NCBI GenBank assembly: GCA_012295275.1
Contig: CM022679.1
Coordinates: 310,001-374,000, forward strand
Reading direction: 5' to 3'
Length of the DNA stretch: 64,000 bases
DNA from: Chrysomallon squamiferum
Taxonomy: Eukaryota > Animalia > Mollusca
The stretch's first letter is position 1. Each line of letters begins with the position of its first letter. Below the pieces are notes generated by a model. The model searched no databases and was not told the DNA's origin. It saw only the letters and a program-made list of their open reading frames with translations. Shown here one piece after another: positions 24,408 to 37,608 of the stretch. The translations under genes were made by a program, and so were the position numbers.

Positions 24408-27400
24408 AAAATAAAAAATAAAATAAAATCCACTACAATAAATGTTTTATGGATAATCTACATGTAAATAATATATAGAATAAATTTAATTAAAAAAAAA
24501 AATATATATATTTATATATTGTTAATATTATAAATTACAGAAATAGTACAATTTTATTACCTATGTAAATAAAATAAATATTAATAATATGAAGTAAAAA
24601 GAATGTGTTCTACTACAGGAGTGACGTCACAGGTGTTTAATAACTGTAACGTACTTTGTGCTGACGTGTACAGACCAGTGTGCGGCTCGGACGGACGAAC
24701 ATACAGTAACTTTTTATTCAAATGTTTTTTCATACATATACATACATACACACATATATATACATACATATACATACATACACATATATATACATACATA
24801 CACATACATACACATACGTACACATATACACATATATATACATACATATACATACACATACACATACATACATACACATATACAGACATACATATACATA
24901 CACATACACACACATACACATATACAGACATACATAGACATACATATACATACATACACATACACATATATACATACACATACATACACATACATATACA
25001 TACATACACATACGTACACAAACATACACATACATATACATACATAGACATACATACATACACATACACATATATACATATACATACACATGAATTCTTT
25101 TTTCCAAAACAATAAAATACGATACTGTTTTTTATTTGCTCACATTTCGTTCATTTTTATCAGTTAGAAATGTGTGTTTGGATGCACGTTCTTGTTTTTG
25201 ACAGGAATTCCCTATTTGTTTTAAATTTAGAGTGATTTTAGAAAGACATGTTTAAACCTACTTAAAATATTTAAAAGGTCTATGTAGATATGTATGTATC
25301 TACGCATGTATATGTATGTAAGTATGTATCTGTCTACCTTTCTACATAACACTTAAATTTTTTATTTATTGTAAGAAACCTTTACAAAAAATTTTAATGT
25401 AAAAGGAAACTCATAAAATTCTTTTTTCCTCGAAAGACTCGTATTTTGAAAACGATCTATTTCTCTTTCATTAATATATCGCTCATAACAGATTTGAAAA
25501 TTATTTTTCACGGCAGTTTTCGAAGGGTATATAATATTTTGTTTCTTGGGACAAACGTTAAAGAGATTGGCTGTTTGTAAACACGTGATATCAGTCTACG
25601 TGATGTGATTTAAATGTTGTGGACGGTTAAACAGTGGTTGTTTGTTAACAAGCAACGTCATATGATTTACACCTCAGGCAATCAGTGTGAGTTGGGTGTG
25701 GCCGCCTGCAGCGCAAGGAAGCACGGGAGAACTATCTATCTGGTACATGACGGTCGGTGCGGAAGTACAATACAGGCATCTGGCTGTAATCAGATTTGTG
25801 ATGAGGAAAGAGAACCAATTTGTGCTACAGATGGTAAAGTATATGGTACGTACGTTTTGAAAAAAATGTATATATGTTCTGAATAGAAAAAATGAATTTA
25901 TCTTTTTAATAATAAAATATATTCTAAATATGTATATATATGTATGTTACTTACAGCAGTCGTGTGTAGTACGTGTATGTTACTTACAGCAGTCGTGTGT
26001 AGTACGTGTATGTTACTTACAGCAGTCGTGTGTAGTACGTGTATGTTACTTACAGCAGTCGTGTGTAGTACGTGTATGTTACTTACAGCAGTCGTGTGTA
26101 GTACGTGTATGTTACTTACAGCAGTCGTGTGTAGTACGTGTATGTTACTTACAGCAGTCGTGTGTAGTACGTGTATGTTACTTACAGCATTCGTGTGTAG
26201 TACGTGTATGTTACAGCAGTCGTGTGTAGTACGTGTATGTTACTTACAGGAGTCGTGTGTAGTACGTGTATGTTACTTACAGCAGTCGTGTGTAGTATAT
26301 GTATGTTACAGCAGTCGTGTGTAGTACGTGTATGTTACAGCAGTCGTGTGTAGTACGTGTATATTACAGCAGTCGTGTGTAGTATATGTATGTTACAGCA
26401 GTCGTGTGTAGTACGTGTATGTTACTTACAGCAGTCGTGTGTAGTACGTGTATGTTACTCACAGCAGTCGTGTATAGTACGTGTATGTTACTCACAGCAG
26501 TCGTGTGTAGTACGTGTATGTTACAGCAGTCGTGTGTAGTACGTGTATGTTACTCACAGCAGTCGTGTATAGTACGTGTATGTTACAGCAGTCGTGTGTA
26601 GTACGTGTATGTTACAGCAGTCGTGTGTAGTATATGTATGTTACAGCAGTCGTGTGTAGTACGTGTATGTTACAGCAGTCGTGTGTAGTACGTGTATGTT
26701 ACTTACAGCAGTCGTGTGTAGTACGTGTATATTATTACAGCAGTCGTGTGTAGTACGTGTATGTTACAGCAGTCGTGTGTAGTACGTGTATATTACTTAC
26801 AGCAGTCGTGTGTAGTACGTGTATGTTACAGCAGTCGTGTGTAGTACGTGTATGTTACTTATAGCAGTCGTGTGTTGTACGTGTATGTTACAGCAGTCGT
26901 GTGTAGTACGTGTATGTTACTTACAGCAGTCGTGTGTTGTACGTGTATGTTACTTACAGCAGTCGTGTGTAGTACGTGTATGTTACAGCAGTCGTGTGTA
27001 GTACGTGTATGTTACAGCAGTCGTGTGTAGTACGTGTATGTTACTTACAACAGTCGTGTGTAGTACGTGTATGTTACTTACAGCAGTCGTGTGTAGTACG
27101 TGTATGTTACTTACAGCAGTCGTGTGTAGTACGTGTATGTTACAGCAGTCGTGTGTAGTACGTGTATGTTACTTACAGCAGTCGTGTGTAGTATATGTAT
27201 GTTACTTACAGCAGTCGTGTGTAGTACGTGTATGTTACAGCAGTCGTGTGTAGTACGTGTATGTTACAGCAGTCGTGTGTAGTACGTGTATGTTACAGCA
27301 GTCGTGTGTACGTACGTGTATGTTACAGCAGTCGTGTGTAGTACGTGTATGTTACAGCAGTCGTGTGTAGTACGTGTATGTTACTTACAGCAGTCGTGTG

Positions 27401-28902
27401 TAGTACGTGTATGTTACAGCAGTCGTGTGTAGTACGTGTATGTTACTTACGGCAGTCGTGTGTAGTACGTGTGTGTTACAGCGGTCGTGTGTAGTACGTG
27501 TGTTAGATGCAGTCAAAATATGTAGTATATGCCTGTTACATATAGTAATATATGTTTATTACATGCAGTAAAAGTGTGTAGTACATGTATATGTTACATA
27601 TAGTAGAGGTGTATAGTACATGTATATGTTACATATAGTAAATGTGCAGTATGTGCGTGTTACATATAGTAAAGGTGTATGTGTTACATACAGTAAAGGT
27701 GTATATTTTGTGTATATGTTAGATGTAATAATTCTGCAGTATGTATAAAATTTAAAGAGTATTGTATATATATGCTACGCAAAACTTTGTTCAGTTAATA
27801 GATAAAACAACTTTTCCTATTATTTATTTTCTCATATATTTTACAGCTTTTGTTTTAGCAGAGACTAGACTCGAGAGTTTAAAAAACAAATAAGTAATAA
27901 CATTTATAAACTTGATTTATAAACTGCAATGGACAGTCAAAATAACTTTTTGCAGCAAACAAATGTCGGTTCACTTTGGCGCAATGTGAACATGCAAGGA
28001 ATGGAACAACACTGGGTATTCTGATGTACGGAGACACCTGTCCACATCCACGAGAAGTTAGTAAATACTCTTACTACAGCCACAACAACATGTTACTATT
28101 ACAACCACAACTACGTTACTACTACAGCCACAACAACATGTTACTATTACAACCACAAGAACATGTTACTACCACAACCACAACTACAGGTTATTACTAC
28201 AACCACAACTATGTGTTATCACCCCAACAGTTTATCCGGCCTTTTATCCGGCAAGCTTGGGACTGGACTGACTCGAATTTGTCACTCTACTTCGTTCACT
28301 ATTTAGAGCTGCCAAGCTGCCTTTCTGTTGTTGTTGTTTTGTGTGATAAAACAAAATTACCATAAATTCGTATAAATAATAACAAAAAACAGGGTAAGTG
28401 TGTGCAGCAGTTGACCTAATGAAAATGACCATAAATTCGTATAAATAATAACAAAAAAGAAGGTAAGTGTGTGCAGCAGTTGACCTAATGAAAATGACCA
28501 TAAATTCGTATAAATAATAACAAAAAAGAAGGTAAGTGTGTACAGCACTTGACCTAATGAAAATGACCATAAATTCGTATAAATAATAACAAAAAAGAAG
28601 GTAAGTGTGTGCAGCAGTTGACCTAATGAAAATGATGCGAGACTCGCACACAAAGGCCAAACGGAGAACTTAAAAATAGCCATTACAGACCCCTTTCAAA
28701 ATTAACCAGTTTAAAAATAGCTAGTTTCTTTTTTCTTTCTTTCTTTCTCTTTTCTTCTTCTTCTTCTTTTCCCTATCTTTGTAAACAAATAGCTGGCTTT
28801 AAAAGCAGCCACTGCTGAAAATTGTAGGTTATTATATCATACTTTTATATCAGTTGTACTGGAATAACTACACTCTGCATTTTCACTGCTGACATTTTTT
28901 AC

Positions 28903-28949
<47 letters not shown>

Positions 28950-29233
28950 CAGCCTGACTGTGAGAAATATAAAGTGGACACTTCAGATCTCGCTCTCGAA
29001 ATCACTTCCGGCGGGAACATCATGATGCACTGTCCGCCCGGGCATCACTACGTGTGTGTATCTACAGGCGCCTCGTTTTCAAATGAATGTCAGCTCTGTC
29101 ATTTCATCAATGCTCAGTCAGGAAAACCAGGTTCGTTAACATTTAACTTTAAAAATAAACACTGAACCCAGATATGTACTATTATGCTTCATTTTTGTAG
29201 ATATTTAAATAATAATAATAATAACTTGCTTTA

Positions 29234-29319
<86 letters not shown>

Positions 29320-29514
29320 GCATTTTAAAATTAAGAAAACCCAAATAAAAACTAAATATTAATTTGAATCATATTTAATTAATTTTGTATTTATTTGTAT
29401 TTTATTTCACACACAGCACCACATATAACAATTTTATACGATGGAGTGTGCCACAGACCAGGGATGAACCGTCCGAAGATTCGTGAAGAACCTGCCGTCA
29501 CCTTCCATGTTTAA
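24207..29514 (+). CDS. Secreted three-domain Kazal-type serine protease inhibitor; exons 24207-24267, 24619-24705, 25678-25845, 27956-28056, 28953-29130, 29417-29514
   Basis: Signal-like MFLWFCLSLLTGVTS. Domains CNVLCADVYRPVCGSDGRTYSNQC...AAC...HDGRC; CNQICDEEREPICATDGKVYANKC...AQC...GDTC; and C...CPPGHHYVCVSTGASFSNECQLC...YDGVC. All junctions are GT-AG and in phase. Confidence 0.9.
24730..25092. repeat. CA/TA-rich low-complexity microsatellite in Kazal intron
   Basis: Directly visible; source of the HTYI/VCMY ORFs. Confidence 0.95.
25940..27505. repeat. Homogeneous 29/33-bp minisatellite cagcagtcgtgtgtagtacgtgtatgtta(ctta), ~50 copies
   Basis: Directly visible, with two length variants interspersed. 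It fills most of Kazal intron 3. Confidence 0.97.
28359..28635 (+). repeat. 69-bp tandem repeat x4 carrying a consensus donor-like AAGGTAAGT
   Basis: Units start at 28359, 28428, 28497 and 28566 and are nearly identical. Confidence 0.93.
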
Positions 29515-32293
29515 CTCAACCCGCTAGTAAACATTTGTTAGTAAACATTAACTTGTAATTTTTATTACAGGACATTTAAATACAAAAATGTAGTTTACTT
29601 CTTTGTAAACATTAACTTGTAATTTTTATTATAGGACATTTAAATACAAAAATGTAGTTTACTTCTTTGTAAACATTAACTTACAATTTTTGCTATAGGA
29701 CCTTTAATACCAAAATGCAGTTTACTTGTTTATACAAAATATGCACATAATATACGTATGGGTATAAATCAGGTTTGTGTTTATGTATGATGTGTATATT
29801 TGAATACTTTATTTAACAGTAGAACTAAATGTTCTATCAGTAGAAATAGATCACAGTAGAACATAACTAAATACAAAATGTTTTAACAGTAGAAATAAAA
29901 TGTAGGAGTACATAAAACACAAATACTTTTTTTAACAGTGGAAATAAGACATAGGAGAACATAACTGAAATATAAATACTTTAACAGTAGAATAAAACGA
30001 GGTCTGGATAACCAGTCTTATCTCCTACAGTTGGCTTTTTCCACGTAAGTACTCAAAAATGTGTTTTCTGTTTTCGAAATGCAAGTTGACTTAACTATAA
30101 TATATGAATTTAATTTCAAAGGGCCATTTTGAAGAAATCTCGACTTTTGAGAGCCCGGTCTAAAGCCAGATTGTCTCTGACAAAGCTTATTTCATAAAAT
30201 ATTATACTATGTTCTCCAAATATTTAGTGTAATATTTTTCTTATCTAGTATATTTAGATTTATATGTGAAGCCAAAGTTGGTAAAAAAAATCATTTATTT
30301 GCGCTAGATATAAAAAAAAAAAAAAATTAAAAAAATCTTTGAAAATTCCTAACTTCACTTATACTTATACCTCAAACGTGTTTTTATACCGAATTAATCA
30401 GAGTCAAAAGATCTTTGACGATGATGAAATACGTTTAGTAGGGATAAATTAGAAAATCTGAAATGTTAAATTTTAGGAGGTTCATTTTGTTTTCTTTTAA
30501 CAAGTTGCAGTTTACTGTAACATCGAGTTAGTCTTAGTGCTAGCAAAGGCTATAATATTATAATAAGTACACTTTCCTCAAAGCACTTTACAGTGAGAGT
30601 ATATTAAGAACACATGGTTTGGTGATGAGAATATAAATGGAGTTGAAGCTGAATTTCACTTGGATAGGATTTAAGAAGTGATTTTGAATACGTGATTCTG
30701 AGAACCTGTTTCAATGTGTCAGTGGACTTTATGAAGCAAATATCACCAAAGAGGATATTGAATAAGAAAATTTAATTTGTACTGAGTGATCTATAATATT
30801 ATTTTTTAAGTATATAGTACGTACTAGTGTGTTTTGAACCAAATTCCAAACAACAAACTAAATGTTTCCTACTAACTAAACATATTTATTCTGTCATCAT
30901 TTCCAATATTTTTTCCAAAGCATAACCACAAAAATCAAATAAAAATAAATTCTACTGAACAATCACAAATGAGAAAGCTATTTTTAAATCACAACACCAG
31001 TTGAGAAAATGAAGTCACGTGACCGCACTATTTTCGCTTTTTCGTCCATCAAAAATAAAGTGCTCGAAATTTTTCAAATTTTGTGCTGAACGCCTCCAAA
31101 CAGTCTGTAACTAAGTGATATGTTAAAAAACTATAGTAAGAATATTAACCATGATGGAGGCACAGACGGTGTATATGTAACCGACTTCGATGTCATTTCA
31201 ACAGAGATTAAATCACTAAAATAGTAATTTTATGAGGGTCAGCTGACATGAAAAGAATGATCAGATTGATCACACCCAAGAACATTCAGAGACTTCAGGA
31301 CGTTCTGGTTGCACAGAATCGGCCTGATCAGTCGCTTTCTCTTATCGGAATGAACTGGCTTCAATGGCCACGAATTAACACGTCATTCGGCAGAAAACAC
31401 GATCTGATGACTCGTCTCTTGTGTACGGAGCATCGTCTTCTAGTTGCTTTAAGCTTCAGTCTTTCTGTTTTTTAAAAGATGAAATATTTCTCTCCCCGGT
31501 GATAATTTTTGAAAGGGGTCTGTTGTCCGAAAATAGACAAGAAACCTTATCGAAGTTTTTTCATCATGGTTTTGTATGGACAGATTTTTTTTATATAAAT
31601 GAAGCTATTTAAATGAAGCAAGCTCGTAGAGCTAGCGCTATGAGTGTCAAACTAGTATATGAATGACATTCGCGAACCACGTTCATAGAAATATAAAGAG
31701 ACGGCCGCTACTCCAAAGCAGTTCCGACTGATTTTAAACTCTTTTTCACAATACAAGTTAATATTCGTGCTATAAAAACAAAGATAAGACTTCAAACTAT
31801 CAGTTCTTGCGTTTTTTTTTTTTTTTATTCAGATAGGACCTTAAAAAGAAAATAAATCAAGTGTTGAAAGTCAAAATTAAGTCAGAACAATATGGCGGAT
31901 TAAACATAGAGGCTCTCTTAAGTGCCTAGTCCATAACATCACCATAAATTTAAAAATAAAATAAAATAAACTTGTCATCTCATAATTTGGTTAAAATCTC
32001 GTTAGTGGATTATTTGAAAGTCAGTCAGTGCTTTGAATAAAAATATTCTATGGCTTACAGTTTTCTAGTTAAGTGGGATGAAATTTAGGGAAATATTGTA
32101 ACAGCATGCTTGTTGCTTCTAGAGTTATGAAGTAAAACAGAAACGACCACTGTCATATAATATTTGGTTTCAGACAAATACGAAAAGACAGAACAGGTCA
32201 TTCAAAACATTTCCCCCTGGTTTTTATGTACTACTGTCATAAGAAAGATTACTTGCAATGTCATATGTATCCCTACATTCTAGTACGTACTAG

Positions 32294-32340
<47 letters not shown>

Positions 32341-32661
32341 TATTTTCCCCACGTTTTTATGAACTATTGTCATATGAGAGCTTCCTTGCAATGTTATATA
32401 TATATATATATATATAATATAGAATGACACATATGTACGTACGTATGTATATTTCATTGTTTTGAAATTGTACATTTTCCACACTGTGAAATTAACAAAG
32501 AACAAATAATAAGTCAACAAAAAACATGTTTATTAACAACAAAGTGTTTCATATATAAACTATATAGACGCTTCTAAAGCTGACCACTTGTAAGAAATAT
32601 GTATAGTAAATAACCAGTTTTAATCAAATCTGTATTCAGATTTATATAATAATAATAATAA

Positions 32662-32692
<31 letters not shown>

Positions 32693-32760
32693 AAGAAGAA
32701 GAAGAAGAAGAAGAAAAAGAAGAAGAAAAAAAAAGAAGAAGAAGAAGAGACAGGAGAAGA
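32662..32760. repeat. (GAA)n microsatellite
   Basis: Directly visible. Confidence 0.93.
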
Positions 32761-33294
32761 GATGTAGTAAAAGACAAAGACAAAGACGGACAAATACAAT
32801 TACTAGAACTAAAATAAAACATGTATGCATATTGCGCAGGAATATAATTCAGTGTATATCATAACGTAATTGGGATTCACTCATGACTTTTGTAAAAATG
32901 TCAAACAAAATATTTAACAAAACATCAACTAACACATCAGTGTTGTCTGTAATATTTATTAACATATCACTGTTTTCTCTGACGTTTATTAAAATTTCAG
33001 TTTTCTGCAACATTTATTAACATTTCAAAGTATTAACATTTGTAAAGCGCAGTAACATTCAGTGTTTCGTGTAACTTTGGTAACACTTCAGTGTTTTTGT
33101 AACGTTAGTAACACTTCAGTGTTTTTGTAACTTTAGTAACACTTCAGAGTTTCATGTGACAGTAGTAACACTTCAGGATTTCGAGTAACTGTTGTGTAAC
33201 TTCTGTTTATCTGTTAGGACATAACAAAGCAGACGGTGTGTCTTAGTGCTGTAAGACTACTATAATAAACAAATACTTACACACCTACTCTGAG

Positions 33295-33680
33295 TATATC
33301 ATTTCACTATTACGTGAATTGAGTATATGTCATATCACTATTACGTGAACTGAGCGTCATTTCACTATTACATGAATTGAGTTTGTATGTGTTTCATTAT
33401 TACGTGAATTGAGTGTGTCATTTCACTATTACATGGACTGAGTATGTATGTCATTTCACTATTATGTGAATTGAGAATGTATGTCGTTTTACCATTACGT
33501 GAATTGAGTATGTCTTTTCACTATTACGTGAATTGAGTATGTCGTTTCACTATTACGTGAATTGAGTGTCGTTTCACTATTACGTGAATTGAGTATGTGT
33601 CATTTCACTATCACGTGAATGTAGTATGCCATTTAACTATTATGTAAATGTAGTATGTATGTCATTTAACTATTATGTAA
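33295..33680. repeat. ~30-bp minisatellite tttcactattacgtgaattgagtatgtgtca
   Basis: About 12 copies. Confidence 0.9.
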
Positions 33681-34284
33681 CTATTACATTTTTTCCTCAA
33701 AACAATAATTTGTATAGAAGTGTGACTCTTAAAGGTCACCAATGTATCCCTATGAGATCTGCACTACAGGTGGCTGATTGTTGGCCTGATGGTATTGCCA
33801 GTCCTAATTAACTATCATTTTTTTCTGAAACTAGATTTCATTTCACTATTACATGAGTTTGATTTTACCATTATATGAATTGTCAATGTGAGTTGAATAT
33901 TATATAACTTCATTTTATTTCATTTTGAGTATATTTTTGAGAAGCTATTTTTCCTGGGGACTTTGCTATATGAGCAAACTGTATGTAATCCCAATTTCAG
34001 TGTTGACATTTCTGTTAAATGAGTTTTCCAAAGAAGTGAATTTAAGCAGGTAAAACAGAAAATAACTTCACAATATATAACTGATATCAGAAAGTAAGAT
34101 TATGTACAATACAAAATATATGCAACATTTATTAACTGATGTCAGGAACTGTACAAATCACAATATATTTCACATGAATTAAATATCAGTCTAGTTACTT
34201 TACAATATGCAGAAGATTTAATACATTCTAATGATAATAAAAAAAATTATAAACAATATATAACATTATCTGTACAATATTCTT

Positions 34285-34600
34285 GTAAGTGTACAGTGTA
34301 TTGTAAATTTTATATTTGTATATAGTAAGTGTAGTATATTGTAAATTTAATATTTAAATATAGTAAGTGTAGTGTATTGTAAATTTTACATTTGAAGATA
34401 GCAAATTTTATATTTTAATGTAATAAGTGTAATGTATTGTAAATTTTATATTTGAATGTAATAAGTGTAGTGTATTGTAAATTTAACATTTGTATATAGT
34501 AAGTGTAGTGTATTGTAAATTTTACATCTGTATATAGTAAGTGTAGTGTAATGTAAATTTTACATTTATATATAGTAAGTGTAGTGTATTGTAAATTTAA
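34285..34600 (-). repeat. ~40-bp minisatellite beginning at the stop codon of the PPxY-TM gene
   Basis: Minus unit tgtTAAatttacaatacactacacttactatata; the first copy overlaps TGT TAA. Confidence 0.85.
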
Positions 34601-36067
34601 CACTCATCAACTGTAGTTTGTGTTTCCTTGTATTCTGGGAGGGGTGCAGAGATGTCATCGTATTTTGGTGGTAGAATCATCACGTGGTGTATGTTGTTGT
34701 TGATGTTTTCAGCTTCAAGCAAACCTGTGGTTTGAACTGCATGTATGTTGTATGTGACAACAGAGTCGTATGCTGGGGGAGGGTCTGACACACCCACCTG
34801 TGTCAGTTGATCCTGTGATGGTGTGTATATTACTGAAAAAAACAAAAGTCAGTGTTAGTCTTTGTAAAACAATACAAGTATAATTTTTTTTAACCTGCAC
34901 TGGTATTTTGTAACATAAACAATACAAATATCATTTGTTACTTGAAGAGATGTTTTTATAACATCAACAATATAGGCATAATTTTTACCTGAACAGGTGT
35001 GAAAGCAGGCAGCAGGTGGGTGGTGAGGTTCTTCACCTCTACATTCTCGCCACTTCCGTGAAATGAACAACTTGCCGAGGATTATTGTTCCAACTATAAT
35101 TATCAGTCCACAAACTGAATAAAAAAAACAATAATAATAATAATTAAATAATGAACCACATTAAAAAGGCAACTTTATTATTACTGTTGAGAATAAGCAA
35201 CCATCCAGAGAAAACATGATCTAAAATCTACTCCACTAAACATGACACGGCAGTGGTAATACTGTTATTGTTGTAAAAGTAAAAATCATATTTACTGCCA
35301 CAGCTAATTAAATCATTGATTTAATTATATTTGAAACATGAACTAATTGTTTTATGTTTGAAATATTACCTCAATTTAAATTTTGAAATATTAACAATGT
35401 TGTATTAAGAAAATAACAGTTAATATCTGTATATTCATGCAGTGGCTGTTTTACTGAAGTTTTAATCATTCAGCCATTACCTCAAATTAGCAGCATTTGA
35501 AAAAGGTGAAAATTATTAAAGACGTTAACAGACAGACAGAGCAATAGTATGAATTAGGTGAAAATAACTGCCTGAAAAAGTTAAAAGGAATTATTAAATA
35601 AGATGGATGAAATTTTAAGAAGATGATAGTTATGTAATTGATAAATATTTGAATAAAAGATTAGCTATATATGAATAAGTTGGCAGCTAAATATTTGAGT
35701 AAGTTGATAGCTGAATATTTGAATAGACTGATAGCTGAATATTTGAATAGACTGATAGCTGAATATAAGAGCAGGCGAACAGCTGAACATAAAACACACC
35801 CATTCCCATGACACACAGCATTATGGTGGCAGAATATTTAAGCTGCACAGCCTCAGTGATGAAGATTCCTCCGAGGATGAACATGATGAAGCCGACACAA
35901 GCAGCACAGATAAAACCAATCACCATTTGACGCCAGAGTTTTGGTCCGCCAAGTTCAGAATGTTTTGACATGGCAAGCATCTGCTGCTGTTCCACATAGT
36001 GATGGAGAGGATGTTGCTGTGGCCTTGTTGTCACTGGTGATGACTCAATGATGTCTTCTTGAGTCAT
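34597..36067 (-). CDS. Uncharacterised two-TM protein with cytoplasmic PY motifs; exons 36067-35800, 35114-34989, 34832-34597
   Basis: Phase-1 GT-AG junctions join TM1 (MVIGFICAACVGFIMFILGGIFI), TM2 (ATIMLCVMGMVCGLIIIVGTIILG) and a tail containing PPAY, PPKY and LPEY. Confidence 0.82.
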
Positions 36068-37088
36068 TTTTGTGTTTTAATCAACTCAGATCATGTTTGG
36101 ATGAATCCTGCTGAAAAATGTTAAAAATTTGTCACTTATGGTAAATTGGTGGCCATGTCTTTTAAAATATGGATCTATTATTGCAGTTATAAATTATCAT
36201 ATTTTAGTAATATGAATTTAAAAATAACAAATTTTATTAAAAAAAGAAAAAAAAAAAATTTAAATGCAAAAAATGTTTACATATATGACCAAACTTTTAA
36301 TATTTATTTGTTCAGTTTTTAGCTGTTCATTCGAAAATGACAGAAATATATTTCTGATGTCTTTCTACATTTGTACTTGTGTTAAAGCATTTAAATGTTT
36401 GAGAGAAACATGAGAACTGGATTATGGACAGTTAAAAACAAGTTAAAAAAACTTTGTCTTTTTCAAAACTGTCAGAAAACACTGACAGTGTGTCAAGAAA
36501 TCTATCAACACCAAACAGTTAGGCATTTTGTTTTATTCTTTGTTGATCTGTATTTTATGTGGAATGTTAATAATGAAAACATTTGTTTAATCAAACAGGT
36601 CACAAACAGAATAATAATTATTTACCTCTTTTTATTATTAATTTTTATTAAATTAATTATTTATTTTCAAGATTCGTATTAAATATTGTTTTACTGAAAA
36701 TTACATACAATGTTTGTCATCTGTACAGAAAAAAATATAACATTTTTAATTAGAGGTTGATTCAAAATCCAGTTAGTAATCCCCTAAATATTCATCTAAT
36801 TAATAACTACCTAAATTTGAACATTATAAAAAAAAACAATATTGGATTTATGATTATAAAATAAATGTGTATGTACAAAATGTAGGTACTCTTCTATTGT
36901 TTAGTCAGAAAATATATAAAATTGAGTTTCTGAGAATTCTATCGATATTGTCTGCAACAGCATAAAAAACCCAACCAACTTAATAAGTTAATTTGAACCT
37001 TTCACGTTCTTGCATTAATAATAACAATAGTGTAGCATTAGGTAATACCTTATTACAAATAAATACCAAAATAACATGTGAAATATTG

Positions 37089-37123
<35 letters not shown>

Positions 37124-37608
37124 TTTATTTTTATTTTGCTGCTAATTAGTAAACAGTTTTCATTGTAGAATGATTTCAGTTTAAATAATCAATAATTACT
37201 TTTATTAATTATTTATTTAACCTAAACGTATCACAACATTAGAAAGTATACATTACCGTAAAAAAATAAATACCATGATAACATTATTATAATCAACATC
37301 CGATACCCACATACTTTCTATTAACATTCGGAGTTATGTCCCTTTAAATTGATTGCTACGTCCGTCTTTCTGTTTTTCTTTTAGAATTTTGTTTTTCCTT
37401 TAATGACAAAGCATCGCATGTAATTTTCAGTTAACAATATTTAATACGAATCTTGAAAATAAATAAACAATTTAATAAAATTAATAATAGAAAGAGGTAA
37501 TTAATTATTATTCTGTTTGAGATTAACAAATCCCAAAATCGATGACGTCAGTTTGTTTATCACGAAAGAACACGCCAAGAAAAGAAAGTGTGGTGTTCTG
37601 CTAATATA

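Noticed and set aside
24581-25115. Multiple long HTYI/VCMY ORFs
   Set aside because: Dinucleotide low-complexity intron; only 24619-24705 is a real Kazal exon.
25930-27253. Cys-rich repetitive ORFs (QQSCVVRVCYL)n
   Set aside because: They come from the 33-bp minisatellite and are broken by 29-bp units; they lie in an intron whose flanking exons join in phase.
28359-28635. Spliced-leader RNA-like tandem genes (donor in each unit)
   Set aside because: No clear Sm site downstream of the donor on the same strand, the unit is too short, and no promoter is evident.
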